DNA from: Seison nebaliae
Lineage: Eukaryota
Direction of reading: 5' to 3'
Assembly: GCA_023231475.1 (NCBI GenBank)
Contig: JALJEE010000800.1
Location: forward strand, 1 to 52,928
Length of the DNA: 52,928 nt
Made by a program: the position numbers and the translations under genes. The notes below the pieces were generated by a model. It was not told the DNA's origin and did not search any database. It saw only the letters and a program-made list of their open reading frames with translations. This document shows positions 27,001 through 39,597 of this stretch, piece by piece. Position 1 is the first letter of the stretch. Each line of letters begins with the position of its first letter.

Positions 27001-28005
27001 GATTCTACATCGATCTAATAGTTTTATAAATAACATTTTCTTATGTCTCAATTTCTTACTCAATAATAGAAGTGTCATTTCTATATCACATTCTCTTTGA
27101 GATCGTATGGTGAAACAAATATATTTCTTTCGTTCTTTCTTTCTTCTTTTTTTCCTATCAACCAGTTTCATTACTATGAAAATGAGAATTATAAATGGAA
27201 AAATGAAATATTATCGTTCGGATAAGGGAAACATAAAGTAATTCTCTTCTCATTCATAGTATCATCCCACATGCAATATTATTGCAATTGTTCTTAAATA
27301 AATCCATTAATTCTCATTCCCAAACATCGTTCGAGAAGAGTTCTTTCTTTCTAGTGGTTTGTGTTTAACAAAAACTTTCCTTTCAACAAATTCGTTAAGT
27401 CCACGATTCAAATCGACATTCTTCAACTGCGGTCATTAAACAAATTTGATCATGTCTTTCTCGTGAAGTTCGGTGGAGAATAAAGTAACAACTATAAAAT
27501 GTGTATAGGGTTTCCAACTGAAATTATATTATAGAAATTATTTTGCAATTTTAGTTGATGTTAGGAATAAGTTTAAAGTTTTCACTTAACAATTTTAGCA
27601 GAAGGTGAGTATATGAGTTAGCAGATATCTGGAATACCTTTCTTTGTCAAGATGGTGAAAGAGATGGTTTAATCATTTTACCAAAGTTTATTGCAACAGA
27701 TCTGTTACTAAAAATAATTATTTAGGTTTCAACTTACAGGTTTCAACTGCATTATAAAGCGTAGTCTCTTTCCAGGGCCATAGTCGACCGAATTTTAAGT
27801 GCATGTCGATGTGTCTGTATGTGCCTCATCTGTGTAGTTTGCACTCATGGTTTTTGGTGATTATGTGGAGACAGGACGTACATATATCGAATGAATGAAT
27901 GGGTATCATCGATAAAGCAAAAGTATTTATTTGTTCGTTTGTCTTCCAAAAGATATGAGATATATTATGTAATATTGCTTTTTCTGATATTTGGTGAATG
28001 TGTTC

Positions 28006-28042
28006 GTGTGTGTGTGTGTGTGTGTTTGTGTGTTTGTGTGTG
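28006..28042. repeat. (GT)n microsatellite
   Basis: Imperfect GT run. Confidence 0.9.
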
Positions 28043-29409
28043 GATGGTAGGGGAGATGAAGGGGAGATCGATAAAAATAATTAAGAATCTTTCAACTAGT
28101 CTGTCCGCATATGTAGAAAACGTTCGGAAACATACGAACGCTATCAGCAGCAGAAAAGACGATTTGAGGGAAAAGTTAAAACTTGAATCGGATGTAGATG
28201 AATAGTGTGAGCGAGTGAATATAACAACAATGAGGATGATGTATTGGGATGGAGAAGCGGATAGAGATCAGAAGACGAAGGAATTGAAAGATATGTTATG
28301 TACATCATGGAATTTCCTTTTCTCCTTTGGTGTTCTTTCCCTCTTTTGTAAGTTTTATGTTTTTTCGGGGAGAAGAAGTGAGTGATCATGACAAAATCAG
28401 TTTAGTCATACCTTATCCCATTTGACTGGAAAGATATGAATAGTGGGAAAGGATGTTTTCAAATGAAATAGAGAAAATATTTTTCATCCATAACAAATAC
28501 TATAAATATAAAAATGTAACTATTATTATGTTGCTGATGGTAATGATGATCATGATTGAATATTACCTATTTCTGTTCTTTTATATATTAATGTTTCTTT
28601 CTCCATCTTTCTGATTATTATTGAATTTTTCTCCTTCTAATAATTATTATTACTTCATCTGTATTGATTATGCATAGGAATTCCCTTCTACTTCTCCTTT
28701 TTCATCATTTTCTTCTTCCATTTCTTTCCTTCAACTACACATCACTTCCATTCCCATTCGCCCCTTCCACTTCCACAATTAGAAGATATTATATTTAATA
28801 ATTTCATTTTTTATCATTCTTCCTCTTTCCTTCATCTTTCATCTCTATTCGTATATCTGTGGTGAATTGTCGGGTCTAGTCTAGCTCAATTACGACTTAA
28901 CTGGTTAGCTAGTTAACTAGACCTAGTAGATTTTGAGCTGAGCTTAGTTAAGTTAACTGACTAACTAGTTTGGTGTGGAATCTCTTTTCATTGTTATCGT
29001 TTAGTAGAAGTGTTGATGATGATTTAGATGATGATGATGATGAGATTTATTTTTGTTGTTATCGTTATTGTTACGAAAAGAACGTCTGCTATTCCGCTAT
29101 TGATTATTGCGTCGTTATAATCATCATTATTGTTATTGTTATTAACATCAGTATTATGATTATAATCGTCTTTCACAGAAATAAGATTAACTGACATTGA
29201 GTAGAAAGAGTAAGCGTCATTATCTCGTTATCTCATCTTCGGATAGTTATGTTGATTGTACTGATGATTTAACTTATTATCATTAGGCTGATCTCCTAAA
29301 CTAAATTAAATTTGTACTAAGAACGAAATTTATTGAATTAAAATCTTTTTCTTCTTCTTCCACCTCACCATCTCCCTCGCACATGTTCTATGCGCTTCGG
29401 ATTTTATAG

Positions 29410-32400
29410 GATAATTGTAAAAAGAAAACGTCGTTCATTCATCAACAGTCGACAGCATGCAGTCACTGTGATACGATCGTCGAGCGTTGTCAGGCGCCCG
29501 GCTCCAAGTCATCAGACGTCAGTGCTCCAGGTTTGAATAGACAGAGAAAGAAACGTCGATTCGCTTTCACTGCTGAAGACGAAGAGAATTTTGGAGAAGA
29601 ATTGGTCGACGACTCGGACCATTTTCATTCAAATTCATTTAAACAACTTTTCATCTATCATTCATCGACACCGAACCTATCTCAACACAATAACCATCAT
29701 CCATCTCAGCAACGACAATCAGTAAGCAACTCCCATAAAAACAAGAGCGAGTCGGGCGCCAAATCATTAATTTCTGGATTAAAACCATCAAAATTATTCG
29801 ACTCGCTCACCAAATTAACCGTTCGACAAACTCACCACAAACTCATCGGACGAGGAAGACGCATATTCAAGCGAGCCAAATCGAGAACAAGTGCACGGAC
29901 TCATCGATCCATCGATTTCAGCGATCTTCAAGTCAGCAGTTCATCGTCAACCATTTCCTCTTTCTGTCCATCGATTGATGATCAGAAACATTTAGAGAAT
30001 CCAGATAATTCTTCCTTCTCTTCCACAACACCAACAACAACATCACCACCACCACCAATTGGACGAGCATTTTTATCTAAACAATCGACAAGTGAATTTA
30101 ATTTGAGTAGTCAAAGATTCGATTATCGAAATAAACGTCGTCGTCTTTCTACGTTTTTATTGGAAGCAGTTGCTCAATCATTAGACGAAAGTGAATATTC
30201 ATCTCATCAGAGTAAATCAGTCGAATTAGATACACATCTCATTCATCCACCTATTAGTGAGAAGAAGTCAAAGAAGAATTTGTCGAGTGACGGACATTTA
30301 TTTCGAAAGAAAGATTCGAAAAGTTGGAAAGATTTTTTGAAGAGAAAAAATTCTTCAGAAGAATCCAAAGACGGTTCATCGTCATCGAAAAAAAAATTAA
30401 AACGACAGAAACGATTAAAGAAGAATGATAATGAAAGTTTGGAAGTCGAACAATTAGATTCGACTTATCTCTCAACACTTTATTCCAAACGATTATCACA
30501 AGCCTCAACTGCCAAATCATTGGAAGTGATAGAAGAACTTCATCGATTGAAACCATCGTCACAATCAGTTCGAGTATTAGAGAATAGTAAGAAGCGATTA
30601 GAAGAGGAAGAAGAAGAAGAAGACGATTTGATAGAGAAGAAAAAGAATGAGAAGAAGATAATTGATGATATTCCACCGTTACCAACACATCAGAAACGAA
30701 AGAAAACAAATTCCACAAGTAAATCGAATGATGAGAACGTCGTCAATAAAAATTCTTCATATCAAAATAATTTACAACGAAAAATTCAAGAGAAATATCA
30801 AGAGCAACTGTTGAGAAGTCGACGGATCGAAGAGGAAGATAATCGATTTCATAAATCGGTCGGTGGCAAACATCAGACAAAGTCGTTTGATACAGTCGAT
30901 TATTATTTGAAAGAGAATGAGAACTTGAAGAAACGTCTGAATTTTGCCGAAGAATTAATCAAATATAAAATCATCTCTTTACCTGACAATCTTCCGCAAC
31001 ATTCGATGACGACTCGAGGTGGTCGATTCGATTTCGACGATGGTGGCTGTTATGCCGGTGGTTGGGATGATGGCAAAGCACATGGACATGGAATGTGCAC
31101 TGGACCGAAAGGTCAAGGAGAATATACTGGTAGCTGGCAATATGGTTATGAGATCAGTGGCACTTATATTTGGACGAATGGAAATGTTTATGAAGGTCAA
31201 TGGCATTATGGAAAGCGACATGGTCTTGGCGTTGAGCGCAAAGGTCAATGGACGTATAAAGGTGAATGGATGCAAGGATTTAAAGGTCGTTATGGAGTGA
31301 GAGCGAGTGAAGCTGGAGCGAAATATGAAGGTACATGGGCGAATGGTTTACAAGATGGTTTCGGTCTCGAAACTTATGCTGATGGTGGAACATATGTTGG
31401 TCAATTACTTCAAGGAATGCGACATGGTTATGGTGTGAGAACATCTGTTCCATTTGGAGTAGCTATTCTCTATCATGCTAGATCATCAGGACCGACGAGA
31501 TCTTTATCTCCGCCATCAATGCCGAGTGGTGGAGGAATGGATGGTGGTATCGGTTTTGGTCAACAATCATCATCTCATAATTTATATGGATCATCAGGTG
31601 AACAAGATTCACGTGAGAAGATTATGAGAGAAAGAGAGAGGAAGATGGAAGAGCAACGTGGTGGTTTCGTTTTACGAGGAATTAGTCTTCCCTCATCAAT
31701 CCCGGTTAGTGCAAATACACTCAACAAACGTTCATTGAGAGGACTGAGTGTTGGTGCGAGTCAACGTGCTGTCTCTCCAGCTACCACAGCTGATTCACAA
31801 TATAGTCAACGAAGTGGCAACCAAAGTGGCGGTGGTAGTTCATTAAAGAGAGCTTTCCTCCGTCTTCGTAAACAGAAAAGTACCAGTGACATTGATGATG
31901 TTCGTATGAGTGAAACGAATAAATCGAAAAAACCGTTGAGATCTATCATCTCTTCCCAATCTAACACACGAGCTACAACTCCAGCAGATGAATGGCGAAA
32001 ACGACGTTCGAGATCACCTTTAGCTCTTCTCCAACGTGCCAAATCGAGAACTCCAGGAATCAACATCTCTTCGACATCGGCCGCTGGCATTGCCATGACA
32101 ACGATAGATGACAGTGGCAGTTTTATTAGTCAAGAGGAAACGATCGAATCGAATGCAGTCGAGACATATAGTGGCGAATGGAAACAAGATAAACGATGTG
32201 GTTATGGCATTGCCGAACGGACTGATGGCATCAAATATTGTGGAGAATGGTTGAATAATAAGAAGCATGGTTATGGAGTCACGACTTTCAAAGACGGTTC
32301 CACTGAAGAAGGCAAATATAAAATGAATGTTCTTGTGACTGATACGAAGAGGATGCATCGTCTTTTCGTTTTGAGATCGAATAAAGTGAAAGAAAGAACA

Positions 32401-33614
32401 GAAGTTGCAATGAAAGCAGCTAACCGAGTATCTCAGGTAGCACATCAAAAAGCAGAAATTGCAATGGCAAGGTTCAAATATTATTATTATTATTATTGTC
32501 TAATATATTAAATTTATTCTTTTATAATTTTCAACATTTTTCTCTCAATTCCATTTTCAGAGCGGCCAATGCTCGTATCAAAGCAGAACAAGCGACAGCA
32601 GCTGCTGAACAAGCACGAATCGACTCAGCTATTGCTCGACACAAAGCGAAGGAAGTAGCGCCAGATCTCAAACAATCAGGTTAAACTTCTCAAAATTCTT
32701 TGCTTGTTCTCTATTGGTTTTTAATCATCGCTACGAATAACTAATAATTATGTTTTTAACTAATAAGATAATTTTGATGCTTCAAAAAGACGTCATAAAT
32801 TGATGGAAAACCGTTATTTAGAATCATTACTTTTTCTTCAAATTATCTTTCGCTTTCGCTTCTTTCCGCTTTTCTATTCACCATAAAAAATAATGCTTCT
32901 ATATAATGCGTGAATATTAATGATAATGATAATAATAATAATAATCATAATCATAATAATAATATCTATGAAAATGACGAACTGATTTGCTGGAGAGATT
33001 ATTGGTGGAAATAACAGCTTCTGAGAAAGAGTGTAGTGAACTGAGCTTTGTTTCAATGAAAAGACAGAGAAGTGAAATGGAGAAAAAGATAGAAAACTCT
33101 AAATTGAAATTTATTCGTTACAATTGAATAGGTAAAGATATTCTTGAAAGAATGGGCATTCCAATGATGACGATGGATGATGTGGAAAAACAAAATAAGT
33201 TGCCAAACATCTCATCTTTGTTGACTGATATCGTATCACCATCGACATCATCTCATCTTAATACGAACATCTCTTCCATCCAACAACAGCAACAACAACA
33301 GAATTTGTTGAAAGAGATTCTCCTTCAACAACATCAACTGCAGCAGCAGCAACGGAAGTTGCAAAGTCAAGTGAACGATGGAATTGTTCAAAATCGATTT
33401 TCGACGACTGTAACAACGATAGCAACGTCAACAATTTCCTTTTCACATCCAAGTTCATTCACTTTCTCACTCATATTAGTCACAGCACATAATGTTGTCG
33501 TCATTTGTACGAGTCATGAAAAAAAAATGATTGATTTGCGAAAGAATCAACAGGAAATTTTCACGTGAAAATTAGTTCTAAAAAATGATTTTCTTTTTGT
33601 CTGTTCTTCTTCTT

Positions 33615-33645
<31 letters not shown>

Positions 33646-34368
33646 TATGGAGATTAGTCTTCTCCCCTTCGATTCTCCACATCTATCATACTCAAAGAGA
33701 AAGTGTGAGAAGGAGATAGTTGTCTTGAAAATTGAAAAAGAAAAACTTCCATTTAATTTCCATTAGATGAAACCATTGTTTCCTTCACTTCTCACTATCA
33801 ATTCTATAATTTTCTCCTCCTCCTGTCCAAGAAATTCATATCGAAAGAACTATTTTTTTCTTTTGTCCGATATTTTGTCACTTCACATTGTTATTTCACA
33901 TTTTTGACAAAACTTTTTTTTTCCACAACTTTCTTCACAACTTCTTTTTCTTTTTCGTTTTTCAAGGTGTTCCAATGTCGGAGGCTGGAGGCAATCTTAC
34001 GACGCAATTTTCTATGAATTCCATGCAACAGTCAGATTCTCATCAACAACCATCAGCATTCTCCACACCACCGAACAATGTGCAACAATATGGATTGTTA
34101 CCACAACCGTCACCGATAAACATATCGTTACCACCATCATCTATCGTATCATCCGGTCTACCTAATGGAACGACCACAACAACAATTCATACATCTCTAA
34201 GTCCGTCGATGTTGACGCCAACCACATCGATTGTTGGACAAACATTATTTCCATATACTTCTCATCCGCAACATTCACAAGATGCGGATAGCGCCATCGT
34301 CACATCATCGACTGATGATAATTGTATATTGAATTCATTGAGGAATGATCATCATCATCACCATCATC

Positions 34369-34399
<31 letters not shown>

Positions 34400-36828
34400 T
34401 CATCATCATCAAAATAATAATAATAATACATATCAATCGAATTATCCGTATCATCAGCAACAACAACAACAACAACATGGTAATTTAGATTATGATCCGA
34501 ATTCAACAACGTCAAACGTATTTGGTCGTCGACCGACGTTGAGACGATCGAAACGTCTACCGAATGATGGAGTTGATTCGTCGATGAGAAATGACATGAA
34601 ATCGAATGAGGAACATCAATTCAATTTGCAGTTGTTGGAGGTAGCGAGAGAAGTATCAATACCAAGGAGACAATCGATGCCAAGCGTTCCGAAAGATATG
34701 GCGAATAGAAGATATCATTCCGTTCTTCGTTCGCCAACAACATCAACTGGAAAGCAGATGGTGAAGGATATTGGACGAAGTGCGAGTGTCAATCCACAAA
34801 AACTAATTAATGAACATCATGCATTATCACCCGATCATTTGTCTCATTATAATGTGGCGCCATTCACTCCAAACAATGAGAATGGTAATGCCAATTCGGA
34901 AGAACAACAACTTTCACAGACACAATTGAATTTGATGTGTGTGAATACATCGAACACGAATCTCACACAGAATAACAGACATCAATCCATATCACCTCGA
35001 GATTATATCGAGGACCCGTACGGTAGTGTACATGTCAGCCATATGCCATATATTCCATTACGGCCGACACTTCTGCCCAAGCACTATGAGAGATCGACTG
35101 ATAAAAAGAAATTTGTTCGTTCGCAATTGTCGGAAACGAACGAATCGACCGATTATCTACTTAGACATCGTTCGAAATTGGAACAAACATCCGAACAAAA
35201 CTATTCCCCATTTAGTAGTAGTGGAAATGCCAAATTGAACGACGTAAGATTTGGTGCCGACGGTCTTCCTCTTATCGTCGATGCGAAACGCAATAGTTTG
35301 CCAAGTATAAAGGAAGCACTGAAGAGTACCAATGGTTTACAAATAATTCTCTTATTTTCATTATCATTCTCTCTTTCTTAGTTATGTCGAGAGATCAAGT
35401 TTATTTATTAAGTTCTAAACGACGTGAAGAATTACGTCAACGAAGAAGAACAGATGAGTATTCATTTGCAAATATTCTTCATTCAATCGGTAGAACTGTT
35501 GTTGTTAGTTCTTCTTTTAATTTACCTCTTTTTTACTCTTGAGAATTATCGAAAATTATCGAGAGAATTCTCGTTTTTTTTGTTTTCTATTCTAATTTAA
35601 TTCTGTTTGTTTCTTTCTATTGAACCTTCGAATTCTCACACCCTAAATTGAAACTAACCATGAAATGTTTGTCGATTGATGGAAATGAATAGTTAACTGA
35701 CACGATCTCATCTCTACCCAAAACGAATGGAATGAATGAGAAGAAGAAGATCGATAAGAATTCTCTAATTGCCACAACTAGTCGTACTAATTCGGATAAG
35801 AAAAGCTTATCGAAACATTCATTGAATATTAACAATTATTTCAATTATAATGTTCATTGTAATAATAACAACAACAATAACAATAGTAGTAGTCATCATC
35901 ATCATTGTGGTAAGAGTAAGACGACGGGAAATAATGGAAATAGTCCGGTGAATTATGAGAGTATTGAAAAGTTGTTGAGATCGAATTTGATGGAAGAGAC
36001 AAGAGATGTTAAGAAGAGAAAGAAGAAAAATGATTCATCGAATCAACGTCATTGTTCGGTGTGTGCTCATTCGGTGGAGCGACACAATCAAATAATTTTG
36101 AAAGATGTGGATAATTTCACTCAGTTCGTGAAAATTCTTTTAGAAAAACATCTGAATGAGAATGAAATGAAATTTCTCCTCAATAAATTATCTTCCAATT
36201 CTTCACAAACGTCCGATCAATTGTCTCATAATTCACCGTTCGTTCTTTCGTCTAATACTCACAACTCCACATCATCACCTCGAATATCGACAGGAATGAC
36301 AGAACTACTCCCTGACATGTCAGCACGATCAAGCACATTACCAAATACAACGACAACAAATACCACATCGTCAACTGATGGGAAGTTGATGGAATTTTCA
36401 GATGAAAAATTTCAGATATCGAACGAAACTGATAAGACTAAGACTAATTGTAAATCATCCAACTTTCCATTTATCGAGTTCAATCGGAATAGTTCGAATG
36501 ATGATAATATTTGCACATACCTCATGAGCCGTTCTAAGGATCGATCGAATATTCGTCATTGTACAAACAGGAATGATTGCTACTACAAATTGCAGAAGCA
36601 GCGATCTACTTTATACTCCACAACAAAACATATCGATTCCGATAATTCTCTTCCAAATATTCCCATGGAAATTTCTTCAACTAATAAAACTTCTTTACAT
36701 CCAACAACAACAACAACAACAAAAGCAATAACAACCACTTTAACAACAACAACAACAACAACAACGATATCCTCATCATTCACTACGATCTCATCCACAT
36801 CATCATCATCATCATCGACATCATTGTC

Positions 36829-36891
<63 letters not shown>

Positions 36892-37075
36892 TATCGAAGT
36901 GACAATACAGGAACAATTGATCTCAAAATCTAAATCGTCTGATGGTGTTGCCACTTTAGTTACAGGAAATTGTACAGAATTACGTTGTCGGCAAAAGTCA
37001 AATAAAGTGGTAGTGGAAAATAAATTTAATTCTTCAGAAAACAACACCAACAACACCAATACCAATAACACAAAC

Positions 37076-37112
<37 letters not shown>

Positions 37113-37668
37113 GTAAAGTGAAAGATGATAAGATAAAAGAAGAAATAATTGGAGAAGTGACGAGAAAGAATTTGAAGGATAAATGTCAAACATCAGAATT
37201 GGATAGGGAGAAAGAAGAAAAGAAGGAATTGAAAGATGACGATTCATCGTTTCCCCTACGACAAAGCACGACATCCACCCAAACCGATTCGATGATGTTT
37301 TATGTTGACGTTCCGTTAATTATGGTTGGCTATATGATCCCTTTCTCCTAATATTCATGTTTGTTATCTAATCTCTTCATTATTTTATGGTTTTCTTTCT
37401 TCTCTTCACCATTTCTTCTAATTTGCCTGTCCTTTTGTCTCCCTCCCTCCATCACTTCTCCCCTCCTTATCTCTTTCATTCACCCATTATAAGTGTCCAT
37501 TTTTGAGTTTTGGGTTTTTTCACCTGACACCCAACAATTATTCCATCATCTCATGTCTCATCTTCATATTACAATTTTCAGGTTTGGTGTAAACGACGAC
37601 AATTTATTATTCTACTTGTTACAATCAACATAGCTTTACTGCTAGCCTTCATTCATCTACTCAAATAA
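29410..37668 (+). CDS. jph: Junctophilin; exons 29410-32471, 32561-32679, 33132-33452, 33967-35334, 35382-35503, 35693-37324, 37582-37668; canonical start ATG 31006, true 5' end unresolved
   Basis: [10 protein letters not shown] start motif, six MORN repeats, a joining region, two more MORN repeats, the alpha-helical [17 protein letters not shown], and a C-terminal TM exon [28 protein letters not shown]. Intron phases are consistent throughout; the 33453 donor is the least certain. Confidence 0.92.
33604..33644. repeat. (TTC)n microsatellite in a junctophilin intron
   Basis: Pure triplet run. Confidence 0.95.
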
Positions 37669-37704
37669 ACTCAAGTACCATTTCCTTCAAACAACAAAAA
37701 CAAC

Positions 37705-37754
37705 AACCAACCAACCAACCAACCAACCAACCAACCAACCAACCAACCAACCAA
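37705..37754. repeat. (AACC)n tetranucleotide microsatellite in the junctophilin 3' UTR region
   Basis: About 12 tandem AACC units. Confidence 0.95.
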
Positions 37755-39597
37755 TTTATGTCATTTACGGAATACGATTAATCGATTCACATCTACTTCA
37801 ATTCTTTTACTGTTAATTATTAATTTATATATTCTCACCACAACCAACCAACTAACCAACCAACGAACCACAACAATAACAACAACATTATCATAAATGT
37901 CCCTTCTATTTCTATTCTATTCTTTCCTTTTACCTATGTCTTTCACCCGTTCATCATCGTCATCATCAAAACGAACAATATATCAATCCAACTCCATCTT
38001 CTTCCTTCATTCTCCATCTCATTCTTTATTCATCCTCCTCTCCTTGTTGTTGTTGTTGTCGTCGTCGACGGTGATGATGATGATGATTATTATTATTATA
38101 ATTACATCTCTCATCCACCCACACACACACATACACACACACACACTCATACACATATATACACACAAACACACATTCTCATAAAATTAACGAAAATTTA
38201 TAATTATCAATATTTTCTTCAGCATCTCATTTCCTGAAGCATTCATTCATACTGATCATTTGAGAATGCGAAGGGAAATATGTAATTGAATAAATTTCGA
38301 ATTGTTACATCACTTTCTTTCAAACGAACAAATAAAACAAATTCTTATTATTCTTCTCCACCACCGCTCACCAATTGCCCACTCCAATCAACAGTCACAG
38401 ACGGTTGTCCCTAACCATCATCCAATCCAATTTACTTACTTTCATTGGGAATTACCAGAAATTTCCCCTGCAACATTTCCATCCGTCCATCATTTTCTAC
38501 TTAATATCAATTTCTCTCCTTCACCTTTTCCCAACAGATGTCTAATGTCTATTCGATGACTTTCATGACGTTTTCATTTACTCTCTAACATCACCAACGA
38601 ACATTTAATTGTGCGGCAGACAATATTTATTCGGGAATTCTATTGAAAGTTATTGAAATTACATTTGAATCTCATAAATTGAAATTCTTTTAAACATTAA
38701 TATTCAATTATACTAATACATATTACTTTGATGAAACTTCATATAAATCGATGTGATATCGAAATTTCTCATTTGTTCAATTTACCAAATTCCTTTCCAA
38801 TATTTCAAGTATTAGGTATTAATAAGATCAAACTATCCATCACTTCTGACAATTATCGTTTTCTTCCGATTTTTACTGATAACAGTTAACTGATAACAAC
38901 ATGAAATATTGTGACCATTCTTAAAATGAGATGATAAAGATGTATAGAGAAAACTTTATTCTTTTATCAATATACTCAAATGGAAGACAGATTGAGGAAA
39001 TATTTGAAATTTTTGAAAATAAACTTTGTAAAGATTAGATTATTTAAAATAGAAAAGAAACAATTTGAAATAAGATAATATATAGAGAGAATCATAATGA
39101 ATTGTCAAGTGTCATTAGTGAATCATTTTGAAATGAGTCGATCTGGATATAGAATTCGACCCGTCCCGAAATTATTCAATTCCAAATAGACGACCAATTT
39201 AAGATGAGTTCTCGAGAAATTCATTCTGTACACACAATTTCAATAGTAGTAACTCTTAAATCAATGGACTCTACGAAATATCGTTGATTTTCACCCGTCC
39301 ATCAAACTGATGGATTCTTCGAGTTTAATCGATTCTGAACTTTATTCTGAAAAATAAATTCTCAATATGCTCAGTTGGAAGATACTGAAGAATTTAAGAT
39401 ATTTGAGATTGAATTCTGATCGTTCCGTCACTGGCAGACGAGGGGAATGGATAAACAATTCGTTACACTTGCAAGAATGATGAGTAAAATTATTAGCGAT
39501 AAAATTTGAGGGGAATGATGAAGATGGCTGAAAACTGAATATTGAATTTAAATCTGAATTTAAATCTGAATTTTAAATTGATTTTGTGAGAATATGA

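Noticed and set aside
27599..27604. Possible 6-nt microexon TTTTAG|CAGAAG|GTGAGT
   Set aside because: The donor is GTG, unlike the local GTT pattern, and a chance match is plausible in 11 kb; it cannot be supported without reads.
19900..29200. Numerous 60-125 aa ORFs in the gene-poor region
   Set aside because: Low-complexity or microsatellite-derived (poly-L, poly-E, poly-H), with no recognisable domains.
36583..37274. Antisense ORFs with poly-D, poly-V and poly-Y
   Set aside because: Shadows of triplet repeats in the junctophilin exon.
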